A DNA stretch of 64,000 bases from Candidatus Magasanikiibacteriota bacterium (lineage in GTDB: Bacteria; Patescibacteriota; Patescibacteriia; Magasanikbacterales; UBA922). Of the stretch, positions 9,016 through 18,975 are shown piece after piece. The stretch is from NCBI GenBank assembly GCA_016193335.1, contig JACPSK010000001.1, forward strand, positions 22,716-86,715. The letters are read 5' to 3'. The notes beneath the pieces are model-generated. The model worked only from the letters and a program-made list of their open reading frames with translations. It had not been told where the DNA came from and did no database searches. The first letter of the stretch is position 1. Every line of letters starts with the position of its first letter. Position numbers and translations under genes: made by a program.

Positions 9016-9468
9016 ATGGATACCTTATCACCAGAAAAACGTGCCGAACAGGAGAGAGAAAGTATCGTCAGTTCTATTCTGGCCTCCGCTGAAAGAGAAC
9101 CCGCAGATAAAGACATCCCAAGCCTTGTGGTCTTCCGCTATGGCAGCAAAGAATTGGATCTGGTCTATTTTGCCGACAAAGGAACCTTCAGCACTGCGGT
9201 TGAGGGGTATGAAGATAGAGAGAGAAAACCAGAGGAAACACGTTTCTTGTATATGGCGGCGAAGAGAGCTATGCAAGAAATCGCGGATCGCTCTCAAACT
9301 GAAATAGAATACACTCTCGAAACCTCAAACGAAAAAATAGTCCCATTCGCCCAAAGTCACGGAAAAGAGATTTTTCGTTGGGATTCTGAAACGAAGGAAG
9401 AATTTGAAATAAAAAAGCGAGGAAAAGTTGATATTTGGTATTTCAAAAAAACATTCAAGCCACTTTGA
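9016..9468 (+). CDS. Hypothetical protein
   Basis: 150-aa ORF closely packed in the mraY operon. Confidence 0.7.
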   Translation: MDTLSPEKRAEQERESIVSSILASAEREPADKDIPSLVVFRYGSKELDLVYFADKGTFSTAVEGYEDRERKPEETRFLYMAAKRAMQEIADRSQTEIEYTLETSNEKIVPFAQSHGKEIFRWDSETKEEFEIKKRGKVDIWYFKKTFKPL

Positions 9469-9474
9469 TAAACT

Positions 9475-10875
9475 ATGGCGAGTATGAAAGTACATTTTAT
9501 AGGTATTTGCGGAGTGGCCATGAGCGCGCTCGCGAGCGCGCTCAGCAAGAAGGGATACGCTGTCAGCGGCAGCGACAAAGGATTCTTCCCTCCCATCTCA
9601 ACCCATCTCAACAAGGCGGGCATTATATTTTATCCGGGATGGCATGTAGAAAAAATGACAAAACAGGGAAATCCTGATCTTGTCATAGTGGGAAACGTCG
9701 CCGGTTCTGAAAATTCGGAATTGCTGTACGCGAAAAAACAAAAACTGAAATGCCTTTCATATCCCGAACTCATAGCAGAGCTTTTCGTAAAATCGCGGTC
9801 AATCGTCTGTGCCGGCACCTACGGAAAAACAAGCAGTAGCGCGCTTTTGGCCTGGATTTTTAGACAAGCGGGATATAAACCAAGCTATATGTTCGGGGGT
9901 TTGGCTTTAAACGACATGGAAGCGGCAGAATTGAATGAAAGTAATTGGAGCATTCTCGAAGGAGACGAATACAAAACCGCGCGTTGGGATGATTCAGCAA
10001 AATTTTTTCATTATGCCCCTACTCATCTTGTGTTAAGCGCTATTGAGTGGGATCACGCTGATATATATAAAGACAAAAAAAGTTATACAGACGTTTTTAA
10101 AAAACTTTTGTCATCAATCCCAAAGACAGGGCTGGTCTTGGCCGCTTCAGGAAAAGCTTCTATAGACGAAGTCTTGACCCAAACAAAAGCAAAAATACTG
10201 AGATACGGACCGGATCCCAGGGCTGATTATCAATATCTGAATCTATCGGTCAGTGCTCACGGTATGTCTTTTGAAATTCGCCAAGACGCAGAAAATCACT
10301 ATGTCAGAAGTCCCTTGATCTACGCCTATATGGCTGAAAATATTACCGGATGTTTCGCGCTCTCACGCGAACTAGGAATTGAACCGGCCAAAATACTCGA
10401 ATCCATTTTTTCATTCAAGGGTCTAAAACGGAGGATGGAAAAACGTTATGAAGGCGAAGTTACCCTGATTGATGACATAGCTCACTCTCCGGTAAAAGCC
10501 CAATCAGTACTCAAAAATCTGAGACACATTTACAAAGGAAAAATATACGCGGTGTTCGAACCAAATACCGGAAATCGGATGCCAAGCATGGCAGAATCCT
10601 ATCATAGAGCCTTCAAAAACGCTGACACGGTCGTGATACCTCGCCTCAGTATTCTGAAAAAAAATAAAGAATCTTCGGAAGAAGCATTCAACGCGGCAAC
10701 TCTGGCCAATCTTATAGCCCAAACTCACCCTGACGTTTTCGCGTTGGAAGATGATGACAGGCTTATTGATTTTCTGGTTGAAAGAACGAGGCCGGGAGAC
10801 GCCATTATATTTCTTGGAAGTCATGGCTTCCGCGGAATGATAGAAAAAACCATTGAAAAAATAAAGCGGCCATGA
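9475..10875 (+). CDS. mpl: Mur ligase, Mpl/MurC type (closer to murein peptide ligase)
   Basis: HFIGICGVAM, GTYGKT P-loop, EGDEY, DHAD, DDIAHSP and VFEP motifs. Confidence 0.75.
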   Translation: MASMKVHFIGICGVAMSALASALSKKGYAVSGSDKGFFPPISTHLNKAGIIFYPGWHVEKMTKQGNPDLVIVGNVAGSENSELLYAKKQKLKCLSYPELIAELFVKSRSIVCAGTYGKTSSSALLAWIFRQAGYKPSYMFGGLALNDMEAAELNESNWSILEGDEYKTARWDDSAKFFHYAPTHLVLSAIEWDHADIYKDKKSYTDVFKKLLSSIPKTGLVLAASGKASIDEVLTQTKAKILRYGPDPRADYQYLNLSVSAHGMSFEIRQDAENHYVRSPLIYAYMAENITGCFALSRELGIEPAKILESIFSFKGLKRRMEKRYEGEVTLIDDIAHSPVKAQSVLKNLRHIYKGKIYAVFEPNTGNRMPSMAESYHRAFKNADTVVIPRLSILKKNKESSEEAFNAATLANLIAQTHPDVFALEDDDRLIDFLVERTRPGDAIIFLGSHGFRGMIEKTIEKIKRP

Positions 10876-10884
10876 TGGCCGCGT

Positions 10885-11052
10885 TTACTTCCCTTCTTCC
10901 ACGATCTCAGTTTCCACCGACCCATCATCCATAAGCTTTGTTACTCCAAGCGTAATCCCGCAATGGTTGCATTCTATGACCATTTCCGGTTTCAGGTTTG
11001 GGTAGTTTGAGAGGTCTACTTGATTTTTGCATTCAGGACAGGTAAGATTCAT
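10885..11052 (-). CDS. 55-aa LysW-like zinc-ribbon protein
   Basis: Hand translation MNLTCPECKNQVDLSNYPNLKPEMVIECNHCGITLGVTKLMDDGSVETEIVEEGK; two CxxC motifs and an acidic tail. Confidence 0.75.
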   Translation of the reverse strand: MNLTCPECKNQVDLSNYPNLKPEMVIECNHCGITLGVTKLMDDGSVETEIVEEGK

Positions 11053-11159
11053 AGACTATTTATAAATTTATAATTTTTAAGTTAGAATTTTTAGTTGGAT
11101 TCTTGCGGCCTTTTTAACAAAACCATTGTAACACAGGAGAGAAACAAACTCAAATCTTT

Positions 11160-12056
11160 ATGAAAACACCCCAGCAATCATACCCTGAACTCGCCGCGGC
11201 TCTGGGTGTAGAAGAACTCTATCTAAAACGTGAAGACCTGCACAAATATCGTTCTCACAAAGGACGTTCCATACCCCTCATGATCAAACGATATCTGCGA
11301 GAAGGAAAAAATCATTTTGTCATATCATCCTCCGGCAACGCGGCTCTAGCCGCGGCCTTGACCGTGGAAAACCACAATAGAAACAACCCCGAAAAAACAA
11401 TCAGCTTGGATATTCTTGTAGGAACCGGCATCCAGATAGAAAAATTAAAAACACTAAATGAAATAGCGAATCAAGGAATCGGCATAAACATTAAGACCCT
11501 TGAGCGTCCCAAGCAAAGCGCCTTTCAAATGGCCAAGGAAGGCTCTGCTATTTTTTTACGCCAATCAACTGATGATCTCGCTTTGGAAGGCTATCTTTCA
11601 TTGGCAGATGAGCTATCCAAGATACCAAAACTGGAAGCAGTCTTTATACCAACCTCATCCGGAACCACCGCACAGGCTCTTGGCGAAGCTTTCGCAAGAA
11701 TGTCCAGATCCATCCAAATACACGTGCTCCAAACGAGCCGCTGCCATCCTATCGCGGAAATTTTTGACAAGGCCAACGAAGAGAACAAAAAAACGCCCTC
11801 CACATCAAAAGCAAAAGCCGTAGTGGACAAGGTGGCTCATCGCAAAAATAAAGTGGTGTACCTGGTCCAAGCAAGCGGCGGTTCGGGCTGGATACTCACG
11901 AACAATGAAATAGAAGAAGCACAAAATCTAGTCCGCGAAAAAACCGGTCTCTCAATTTCCGGAAACAGCGCCTTGTCTGTGGCAGGACTCAAAAAAGCCC
12001 TCGCTTCCGGATGGAATTGCAAAGGAACCGTGGTTTGTCTTATCACCGGAGCTTAG
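11160..12056 (+). CDS. PLP-dependent fold-type II enzyme (threonine synthase/dehydratase-like)
   Basis: LYLKREDL, SHKGR (PLP Lys), SSSGNAA, PTSSGTT and VCLITG motifs. Confidence 0.85.
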   Translation: MKTPQQSYPELAAALGVEELYLKREDLHKYRSHKGRSIPLMIKRYLREGKNHFVISSSGNAALAAALTVENHNRNNPEKTISLDILVGTGIQIEKLKTLNEIANQGIGINIKTLERPKQSAFQMAKEGSAIFLRQSTDDLALEGYLSLADELSKIPKLEAVFIPTSSGTTAQALGEAFARMSRSIQIHVLQTSRCHPIAEIFDKANEENKKTPSTSKAKAVVDKVAHRKNKVVYLVQASGGSGWILTNNEIEEAQNLVREKTGLSISGNSALSVAGLKKALASGWNCKGTVVCLITGA

Positions 12057-12057
12057 C

Positions 12058-12762
12058 TCAAGACAAACTTTTCTGAGCTATACTTATAATATTGTTCCCT
12101 TTCTCTTTATCCGAAGGTGTTCCTTTTCTTATAAAATAATGTTCTTTTAATACAAAGCCGGCATCCACTATAAGGGCTCGAAGTTCATCCAGAGTAAAAC
12201 CATGGTAATAGCGTTCTCCCAATATCTTGCCACTTGCGTCCAACCATGGAACAATAAAATCAGTTTTCGATTCTTCCAAGGTCCACTTTCCTTTTTCCAC
12301 GTTTTTTCGCGCTGAATCTGAATACATATTCCAATTGGTCATAAGAAGCATTCCTCCGGGCCGCAAAATCCTGTATATCTCGCTTAGTGTTTTTCTTCTG
12401 TCTTCAGTATTTGGCAGATGATGAAAAGAAGCCACCGAAAGAGCCAGATCAAAAATCCGATCCTCAAATGGCAGAGAACGCATGTCCGCCACCATAAATC
12501 TTGCTCCGGGGACCCGTGCTCGCGCTATGTCCACAAGCTTTTCGCTTTGATCTATCCCCGTATAATTGATACCTTGATTTTTATCGCATAACTGGTATAC
12601 TCTCCCATTCCCAGAGCCAATGTCCAAGATGGAATATCCATCTCTTATAAAAGACCTAAAAACCTCAAGATCCTCCCACAGATCATTTCTTGAATCAGAA
12701 AAATAAACGGCTATTTCATTGTATACCTGCTTATTGTGTTTTACCAAGTCTGAGGAGCGCAT
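12058..12762 (-). CDS. Class I SAM methyltransferase, Trm9/ALKBH8-like tRNA cm5U methyltransferase
   Basis: VYNEIAVYFSDSR, LDIGSGNG, SVASFHH, DFIVPW and RYYH match Trm9-family segments. Confidence 0.75.
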   Translation of the reverse strand: MRSSDLVKHNKQVYNEIAVYFSDSRNDLWEDLEVFRSFIRDGYSILDIGSGNGRVYQLCDKNQGINYTGIDQSEKLVDIARARVPGARFMVADMRSLPFEDRIFDLALSVASFHHLPNTEDRRKTLSEIYRILRPGGMLLMTNWNMYSDSARKNVEKGKWTLEESKTDFIVPWLDASGKILGERYYHGFTLDELRALIVDAGFVLKEHYFIRKGTPSDKEKGNNIISIAQKSLS

Positions 12763-12772
12763 ATATTCAGTT

Positions 12773-14488
12773 ATGATGGAAACAAAAAGCTTGCTAAGCG
12801 AAAAACAATTGAATACTGTCCTTGATCATATCATCACAAAAAAACCGAAAACCCGGTCTGATTTTGAATCGGCAAAACGAATTATATGCGGACGCATTGG
12901 CTGCGCTCAACCGCCAAATCGTTTTCTGCTCTCAGCCTACCAAAAACTCCTCAAAAAGAAAAGCATATCTTCCTCCACCTTTCTTGAGCCTTTTCTCAAA
13001 AAAGCAGAAGTACGCTCTATTTCCGGCATTGCCGTGGTTACTTCTCTTATAAAACCATACCTCTGCCCTGGCAAATGCGTGTATTGTCCTACTGAAGTTC
13101 GCATGCCAAAAAGTTATATTGCCACAGAACCGGCGGCCGCCAGAGCTTTGCGACTGAATTTTTCCCCTTATGAACAAATGAAACGGCGTGTGGAAATGCT
13201 CGAGATAAACGGACATAACACCGATAAAATAGAATTTATCATAAAAGGAGGGACCTGGAACGCTTACCCCATAAAATATCAATACTGGTTTATCTTGGAA
13301 TCTTTCAAAGCTTGTAATAATGTTAAAAGAAAAAAACCGACGAATCCTACGGAAGAACTACACTGGGCCTCTCGACCCTTGAAAGAACTTCAGAACGCCC
13401 TCAAAAAAGAACAAGCATACAATGAAAAAGCAAAACATCGCATTATAGGTCTTACGCTTGAAACCCGGCCAGACGCTATCGCCCCAAAAACAATATTCCA
13501 CATGCGGGAACAAGGATGCACGCGCATTGAGCTTGGGTTGCAAGCGCCGGACGACCGGATATTGAAGCTGGTCAATCGCGGACATACCGTAGATGATTTT
13601 CGCAAAGCCATTTGGCTCCTTCGAGAAGCCGGCTTTAAAGTGGACCTGCATATGATGCCGGATCTGCCGGGAACTACGCCAAAGCACGACGTGGAAATGT
13701 ACAAATTCTTATTTGAAGATCCTGCTTTGAGGCCTGACATGGTAAAAATATATCCCTGCACGGTCATCAAATCAGCCGAATTATTTACCTGGCTCGAAGA
13801 TGGCCGATACAAACCCTATAGTGGAAAAGAATTATTCGAGGCGCTCCTTGAGATGAAGTTGTCTACTCCGCCCTGGTGCCGAATTTCAAGATTGATCAGA
13901 GACATCCCGGCAAATGAAATCGAGGCTGGCAACAAAATAACGAACCTCCGTGAAGAATTGAGTACCGAACTTGCCCGGCGAGGTCTTTCCTGCGTTTGTA
14001 TACGTTGCCGCGAAATAGGGAGACAAAAACACAATATACCAGAAGACAGCCCCAGTCTCTTTGTTGACTTTTATGAAACCATAGGGGGCAGAGAATATTT
14101 TATCAGTTTTGAAGATTCTTCCCGAAAGGCCATACATGGGTTTTTGCGCTTGCGCGTTCCAAATAAATTCGCTGAAAAGGCTGGCTTTCTTCCTCCAACA
14201 TATCTGACAAACACAATAACAGAGCTCAAAAGCCTTTTGCCCGGAATCAAAAACAGCGCCTTTGTCCGAGAACTCCATGTGTACGACACGGCGCTTCGCA
14301 TTGGGATACGACAAAAAAATCTTTCTCAACACAAAGGCTTTGGCGCTCGTCTCCTCCATGAAGCCGAAACTATCGCCAGACAGCAAGGTTTTAAAAGCAT
14401 ATCCGTTATTTCAGGCGTCGGAGTACGAGCCTATTATCGTTCCAAGGGTTACAGAAAAACAGGCAGCTATATGACGAAAAAACTCTGA
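12773..14488 (+). CDS. elp3: Elp3 tRNA U34 carboxymethyltransferase (radical SAM + GNAT)
   Basis: CPGKCVYCP, PKSY, GGTW, ETRPD, KIYP, RLIRDIP, CIRCRE, RELHVY, QHKGFG and GVGVRAYY; start taken at ATG 12773. Confidence 0.93.
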   Translation: MMETKSLLSEKQLNTVLDHIITKKPKTRSDFESAKRIICGRIGCAQPPNRFLLSAYQKLLKKKSISSSTFLEPFLKKAEVRSISGIAVVTSLIKPYLCPGKCVYCPTEVRMPKSYIATEPAAARALRLNFSPYEQMKRRVEMLEINGHNTDKIEFIIKGGTWNAYPIKYQYWFILESFKACNNVKRKKPTNPTEELHWASRPLKELQNALKKEQAYNEKAKHRIIGLTLETRPDAIAPKTIFHMREQGCTRIELGLQAPDDRILKLVNRGHTVDDFRKAIWLLREAGFKVDLHMMPDLPGTTPKHDVEMYKFLFEDPALRPDMVKIYPCTVIKSAELFTWLEDGRYKPYSGKELFEALLEMKLSTPPWCRISRLIRDIPANEIEAGNKITNLREELSTELARRGLSCVCIRCREIGRQKHNIPEDSPSLFVDFYETIGGREYFISFEDSSRKAIHGFLRLRVPNKFAEKAGFLPPTYLTNTITELKSLLPGIKNSAFVRELHVYDTALRIGIRQKNLSQHKGFGARLLHEAETIARQQGFKSISVISGVGVRAYYRSKGYRKTGSYMTKKL

Positions 14489-14661
14489 AAATCCTGTTTC
14501 TATCTACCGGTGCCAATTTTGACGAAGTCCTGCTCAGAAACCCCGGCATAAGACCATACGATAAAACCCAAACTGTCTCTATAAAATGAACACATTTTGC
14601 TTTGCATAGAAAATAGTCGTGTGATAGCATACCCGACACAATTAATGCATGATTTTTGAAT

Positions 14662-15075
14662 ATGAAACTTCCTGCCGGATCATTCATAGCTTCAGGACCG
14701 GTTATTATAGAAAATAGAAGAGTTCTCCTCAATAAAGAACTGAAAAAAGACGGCAGTATCAGCCCTTGGTTTTTTCCAGGGGGCGAAGTTGAAGATTTTG
14801 ACCTTTCTCTCGAAGAAACCTGCGCCCGAGAGGCAAAGGAAGAAATGGGCATTGAAATACGCGGGCTAAAACCTTTAAGAACCATCCTGTTAAAAAATAC
14901 CGAGGGCTTTATCATTTTGGTTCATTTTTTGGCCGAAAGAAAAGGAGAAATAAAGCCCGGGCCTATGATAACAGACTGGGCTTGGCATCCCATCGATGCC
15001 TTGCCGAAGGATTGTGCTTCTAATGTGTATACTATTATAGAAGATTGTAAAAATATGTCTGACTTTGCTTTATGA
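14662..15075 (+). CDS. NUDIX hydrolase
   Basis: PGGEVEDFDLSLEETCAREAKEEMG Nudix box. Confidence 0.88.
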   Translation: MKLPAGSFIASGPVIIENRRVLLNKELKKDGSISPWFFPGGEVEDFDLSLEETCAREAKEEMGIEIRGLKPLRTILLKNTEGFIILVHFLAERKGEIKPGPMITDWAWHPIDALPKDCASNVYTIIEDCKNMSDFAL

Positions 15076-15197
15076 TATTCGAATCGCTGGAACACAAATG
15101 AACATACAACGGTAAAATACTGAATGAACAAAACGTAGTTCATTCTGGTTATGCTTTCTCTCACAAAAAACTTTGAACCATCAACATAGTAGAACCT

Positions 15198-16553
15198 ATG
15201 AACAAACCCCATCTCCAACATCAAGATCCTGAAGTATACGAAATTCTGAAAAAAGAAGAACGCAAGCAACAGGAAAAATTATCCATGATCCCTTCCGAAA
15301 ATTTTACTTCCAAAGCGATAAGAGAAGTGGTAGGATCGATTTTCATGAATAAATATTCTGAAGGTTATCCGGACAAACGGTATTATGAAGGAAATTACAA
15401 CATAGATTCCTTGGAAAAAATCGCCATTCAGCGCGTCAAAAAATTATTCAAGCTTCCGGAAGATTGGGACGTAAATGTGCAGCCGCTTTCCGGTAGCCCC
15501 GCAAACCTTGCTGTGTATCTCGGGCTCTTGAACCCTGGAGACACGGTAATGGGTATGTATTTGCCCGACGGTGGGCACCTTTCTCACGGTTGGTCTTATG
15601 AACCAAAAGCAGAACAAGACCCCGATGAAATCGTATACAAAGGCGGCTCAAGAAAAGTAAACATAACTTCAAAATTCTATAAAACGATTCAATATAAGAC
15701 AGACCCCAAAACCCAACGTTTCGATTACGCGACAATAGAAAAAGTGGCCATGGAATATAAGCCAAAACTTCTTATCACCGGCGGCACCGCCTATCCTCGA
15801 GAAATCAATTATGAACGAATGGCTGAAATCGCAAAAAAAACGGGCGCGTATTATCTGGCCGACATAGCTCATGAAGCCGGCCTCGTTGCCGCGGGCGTGA
15901 ACAGTTCTCCGGTCGGCATAGCAGACGTAGTCACCTTTACTACTCACAAAACACTGCGTTGCAATAGAGGAGCCGTTATTGTTGGAAAAAGCGAACTCAT
16001 GAAAAAAATCGACCGAGCCATTTTCCCCGGTCTTCAGGGTGGTCCTCACAACCACAGCATAGCCGGAATAGCAGTGGGTCTTTTGGAGGCCATGCAGCCG
16101 GAATTTAAGCTTTACGCAAAACAAATTATACTCAATGCCCAAACCATGGCTTCTGAATTGGCCGATTTTGGATTTGAAATAGTATCCGGCGGGACAGACA
16201 AACACTTGGTTCTTATTAATCTCACCAACAAAGAACTTTTCGGCAAAACATACGCTCGAGCTTTGGATCACGCCGGAATCATTACAAACATGAATACCAT
16301 GCCTCAAGAAAAACGCTCTCCGGCCGACCCATCCGCCCTCAGAATCGGGACACCCTGGATCACTACACGAGGCATGAAAGAAACAGAGATGAAAACAATA
16401 GCCGCGTGGATGAATACAGTGATGGAAATCTGCAAGCCTTGGAAAAAATTAGAATTTGAACCGTTTGAGGACAAGGTTCGAGAATCCGGAGAGATCAAAA
16501 ACATAGCTGATGAAGTAAAAACACTCTGCGCAAAATTCCCTCTTGATATTTAA
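15198..16553 (+). CDS. glyA: Serine hydroxymethyltransferase
   Basis: PSENF, NKYSEGYP, GGHLSHG, TTHKTL, FPGLQGGP and GGTDKHL motifs. Confidence 0.97.
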   Translation: MNKPHLQHQDPEVYEILKKEERKQQEKLSMIPSENFTSKAIREVVGSIFMNKYSEGYPDKRYYEGNYNIDSLEKIAIQRVKKLFKLPEDWDVNVQPLSGSPANLAVYLGLLNPGDTVMGMYLPDGGHLSHGWSYEPKAEQDPDEIVYKGGSRKVNITSKFYKTIQYKTDPKTQRFDYATIEKVAMEYKPKLLITGGTAYPREINYERMAEIAKKTGAYYLADIAHEAGLVAAGVNSSPVGIADVVTFTTHKTLRCNRGAVIVGKSELMKKIDRAIFPGLQGGPHNHSIAGIAVGLLEAMQPEFKLYAKQIILNAQTMASELADFGFEIVSGGTDKHLVLINLTNKELFGKTYARALDHAGIITNMNTMPQEKRSPADPSALRIGTPWITTRGMKETEMKTIAAWMNTVMEICKPWKKLEFEPFEDKVRESGEIKNIADEVKTLCAKFPLDI

Positions 16554-16582
16554 AATTTTCCGTTTGGGTACACACGCACGGT

Positions 16583-17023
16583 ATGAAGCACATAGCTCAG
16601 TCTGCGCTTGAAATGGAACAATTCGGCAAAAAAAACGCAAAGTTTCTAAAAGGAGGCCATATTCTTCTTTTGCACGGTGAACTCGGCACAGGTAAAACAA
16701 CGCTCGTAAAAGGCATAGCTTGCGGTCTTGGTATTGTGGAAACCATCACCAGCCCTACTTTCGCCATTATGAACTTGTATACTCTCGCATCTCCAAAACA
16801 AGGCATAACAAAGCTCGTACATATAGACACATACCGCCTTGAACATGAAAAAGAACTCCTTGAAATAGGAGCACAGGATTATATAGGCGAAGATTCCACA
16901 CTTTGTATTATTGAATGGCCGGAAAAATTGACTACCATCTTGCAGGCTAAACTTTGCAAAGATATATTCCTATGCCATACGGAGGAAAAAAATTTCCGGG
17001 CCATAGAAACGAAAAATTTCTGA
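16583..17023 (+). CDS. tsaE: tRNA threonylcarbamoyladenosine biosynthesis ATPase TsaE
   Basis: GELGTGKTT, SPTF, HIDTYRL and IEWPE motifs. Confidence 0.95.
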   Translation: MKHIAQSALEMEQFGKKNAKFLKGGHILLLHGELGTGKTTLVKGIACGLGIVETITSPTFAIMNLYTLASPKQGITKLVHIDTYRLEHEKELLEIGAQDYIGEDSTLCIIEWPEKLTTILQAKLCKDIFLCHTEEKNFRAIETKNF

Positions 17024-17029
17024 TCCGTT

Positions 17030-18160
17030 TTATTTCTGATCCGTTTTATCTGTTGCCTGATCTTCTATATTAAACCAATACGTATATCCTTTTATAGCCA
17101 ATCGTTCTTTGAACTTGTGCCAGAGACTACGTTTGTGCCAACGCAGGTCATCCAATGATTTGGCAGAGTCCATCCAGCGCAGGGCGATTCGTTTGATTTT
17201 GCGCACGATACGCTTATCTTTTAGATGGATATTTGCTTCATAATTGTGGTAAAAACTCGGGTGGTCTATATTACTGCTTCCTATCATGGCCCAATCTTCG
17301 TCCACTATCAAACCTTTGCCGTGCATCATTTTCTTGAGCACATGGATGCGCACGCCGGCTTTTTTCAAGACAGCGAACCATGCATAAGCAGCATAAGTGG
17401 CCACGCGCAAATCGGTCCTGAGCGGAATGAGCAAATCCACGCGCACTCCTCTTTTTTTAGCCTCCCACAAAGCTTTCAGAAATTGAGCGTCCAAAAAATA
17501 ATAAGGAGAAAACAAAATAACCCGCTGTGAGGCCTTTCGTAAAGCTTCCAGATATCTTTTTCTCGTACGCGAATACTTTCCTCTGGGCTGATCATATATC
17601 ATTTTCATATTTTGTTGCTCAAGACCGGGACGAAACCGAGCGCTCCACAAAATATGCCGTATGTTTTCTTTGGCGCCTCCGGAGAGAAGATAGAGACGCG
17701 CGAATGAACGAAGCAAAGATTTAACCACTGTTCCACGAACACACATGTGCAAATCCAGCCAGTCGTTCATATCTTTCTGGATATTCACTCCTCCGATGAA
17801 GCCCAAGGCTTGATCTATAATCAGCACTTTTTGGTGCGTTCTGATAGAAAAACGCTTCCAAAAAGTCTTGTATCTGGGTTTGCGCTCCTGGAAAAGCAGG
17901 ACATCTATGCCTTTTTGCTTCAGCTGATTCACCCGCTTGCGGGAAAGGGCAAAACTTCCCCAATAATCTATAATAAGTTTTACCTCAAGCCCTTCTAGGG
18001 CTTTTTGTTCCAAGAGATCAAAAAATCGTGTGCCTACTTTATCATCAACGAAAATGTACACTTCCCAATAAATTGAAGAAGTGGCGTTTTGTATTGCCTT
18101 ATACATTGCTGTCCAGGCCTGTTCCGTGGTTTCGTAGACACTATAGGCTGATGTGGACAT
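17030..18160 (-). CDS. cls: Cardiolipin synthase (PLD family, ClsB-like)
   Basis: Two HKD motifs (HQKVLIID, HGKGLIVD), SPYY and GSSNID. Confidence 0.88.
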   Translation of the reverse strand: MSTSAYSVYETTEQAWTAMYKAIQNATSSIYWEVYIFVDDKVGTRFFDLLEQKALEGLEVKLIIDYWGSFALSRKRVNQLKQKGIDVLLFQERKPRYKTFWKRFSIRTHQKVLIIDQALGFIGGVNIQKDMNDWLDLHMCVRGTVVKSLLRSFARLYLLSGGAKENIRHILWSARFRPGLEQQNMKMIYDQPRGKYSRTRKRYLEALRKASQRVILFSPYYFLDAQFLKALWEAKKRGVRVDLLIPLRTDLRVATYAAYAWFAVLKKAGVRIHVLKKMMHGKGLIVDEDWAMIGSSNIDHPSFYHNYEANIHLKDKRIVRKIKRIALRWMDSAKSLDDLRWHKRSLWHKFKERLAIKGYTYWFNIEDQATDKTDQK

Positions 18161-18274
18161 AGAGACGCAAATTTATAATGTTCAATTTCTAATCTCGGAG
18201 TCTCATCCATAATTATAGATGAGTACCTTTTTCACCGTACCATGAAAGACGTCTTATTTCAAGCTCGCGCGAAA

Positions 18275-18946
18275 CTAAGATTTTCCGCTCATTTTGTATC
18301 CCCTACCTGGAATAGTATGTATAAGTTTATGTGGAGAAAAACCATCCACTTTTTTTCTTAAATAAGAAATATGAACATCCACCGTGTTTGTAAAAGGATC
18401 TATGTGCATGTCCCACACCTTTTCCAAAATAAAAGAACGCGTTAAAACCATTCCCACATGAATCATAAACAACTCTAGAAGAGCGAATTCTTTGTTTCTA
18501 AGCTTAATCTCTCTGCCGGAACGAGTAACTTTGTGAGCCGTGACGTCCAAACGAAGATCTTGCACTTCCAAAATGGAATTGTACACAACGCCGACTCGGC
18601 GTGTGAGCGCCCTTATTCTTGCTTCAAGTTCTTCAACTGAAAAGGGCTTGCAGACATAATCATCGCAAAATTCCAACATTTGGAGTTTTGCTTGTATTTC
18701 CATTTCTACACTGAGAGCGATAATGCGAACGGTCTTATTCTGCGCGCGGATCTTCTGCCCAATGTCTATACCGCTTAAGCCGGGCAAATGCAAATCGAGA
18801 ATAATAACATCATACACAGCCAAATAAGATTGACGCAGACCCTGTTCACCGTCAAAAGCCAAGTCTACGCTGTATGAAAAAGATTCCAAAGACTCTGCCA
18901 GACCTTTCGCGATGTCTGGATTATCTTCGATTACCAATACCCGCAT
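18275..18946 (-). CDS. OmpR-family response regulator (orphan)
   Basis: REC domain (IED, LDLHLP, KPF) plus winged helix (LRNKEFALL, VDVHISYLRKK, TIPGRGY). Confidence 0.95.
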   Translation of the reverse strand: MRVLVIEDNPDIAKGLAESLESFSYSVDLAFDGEQGLRQSYLAVYDVIILDLHLPGLSGIDIGQKIRAQNKTVRIIALSVEMEIQAKLQMLEFCDDYVCKPFSVEELEARIRALTRRVGVVYNSILEVQDLRLDVTAHKVTRSGREIKLRNKEFALLELFMIHVGMVLTRSFILEKVWDMHIDPFTNTVDVHISYLRKKVDGFSPHKLIHTIPGRGYKMSGKS

Positions 18947-18975
18947 AAGACGATTTTACTGATTTAGATTTTTTT

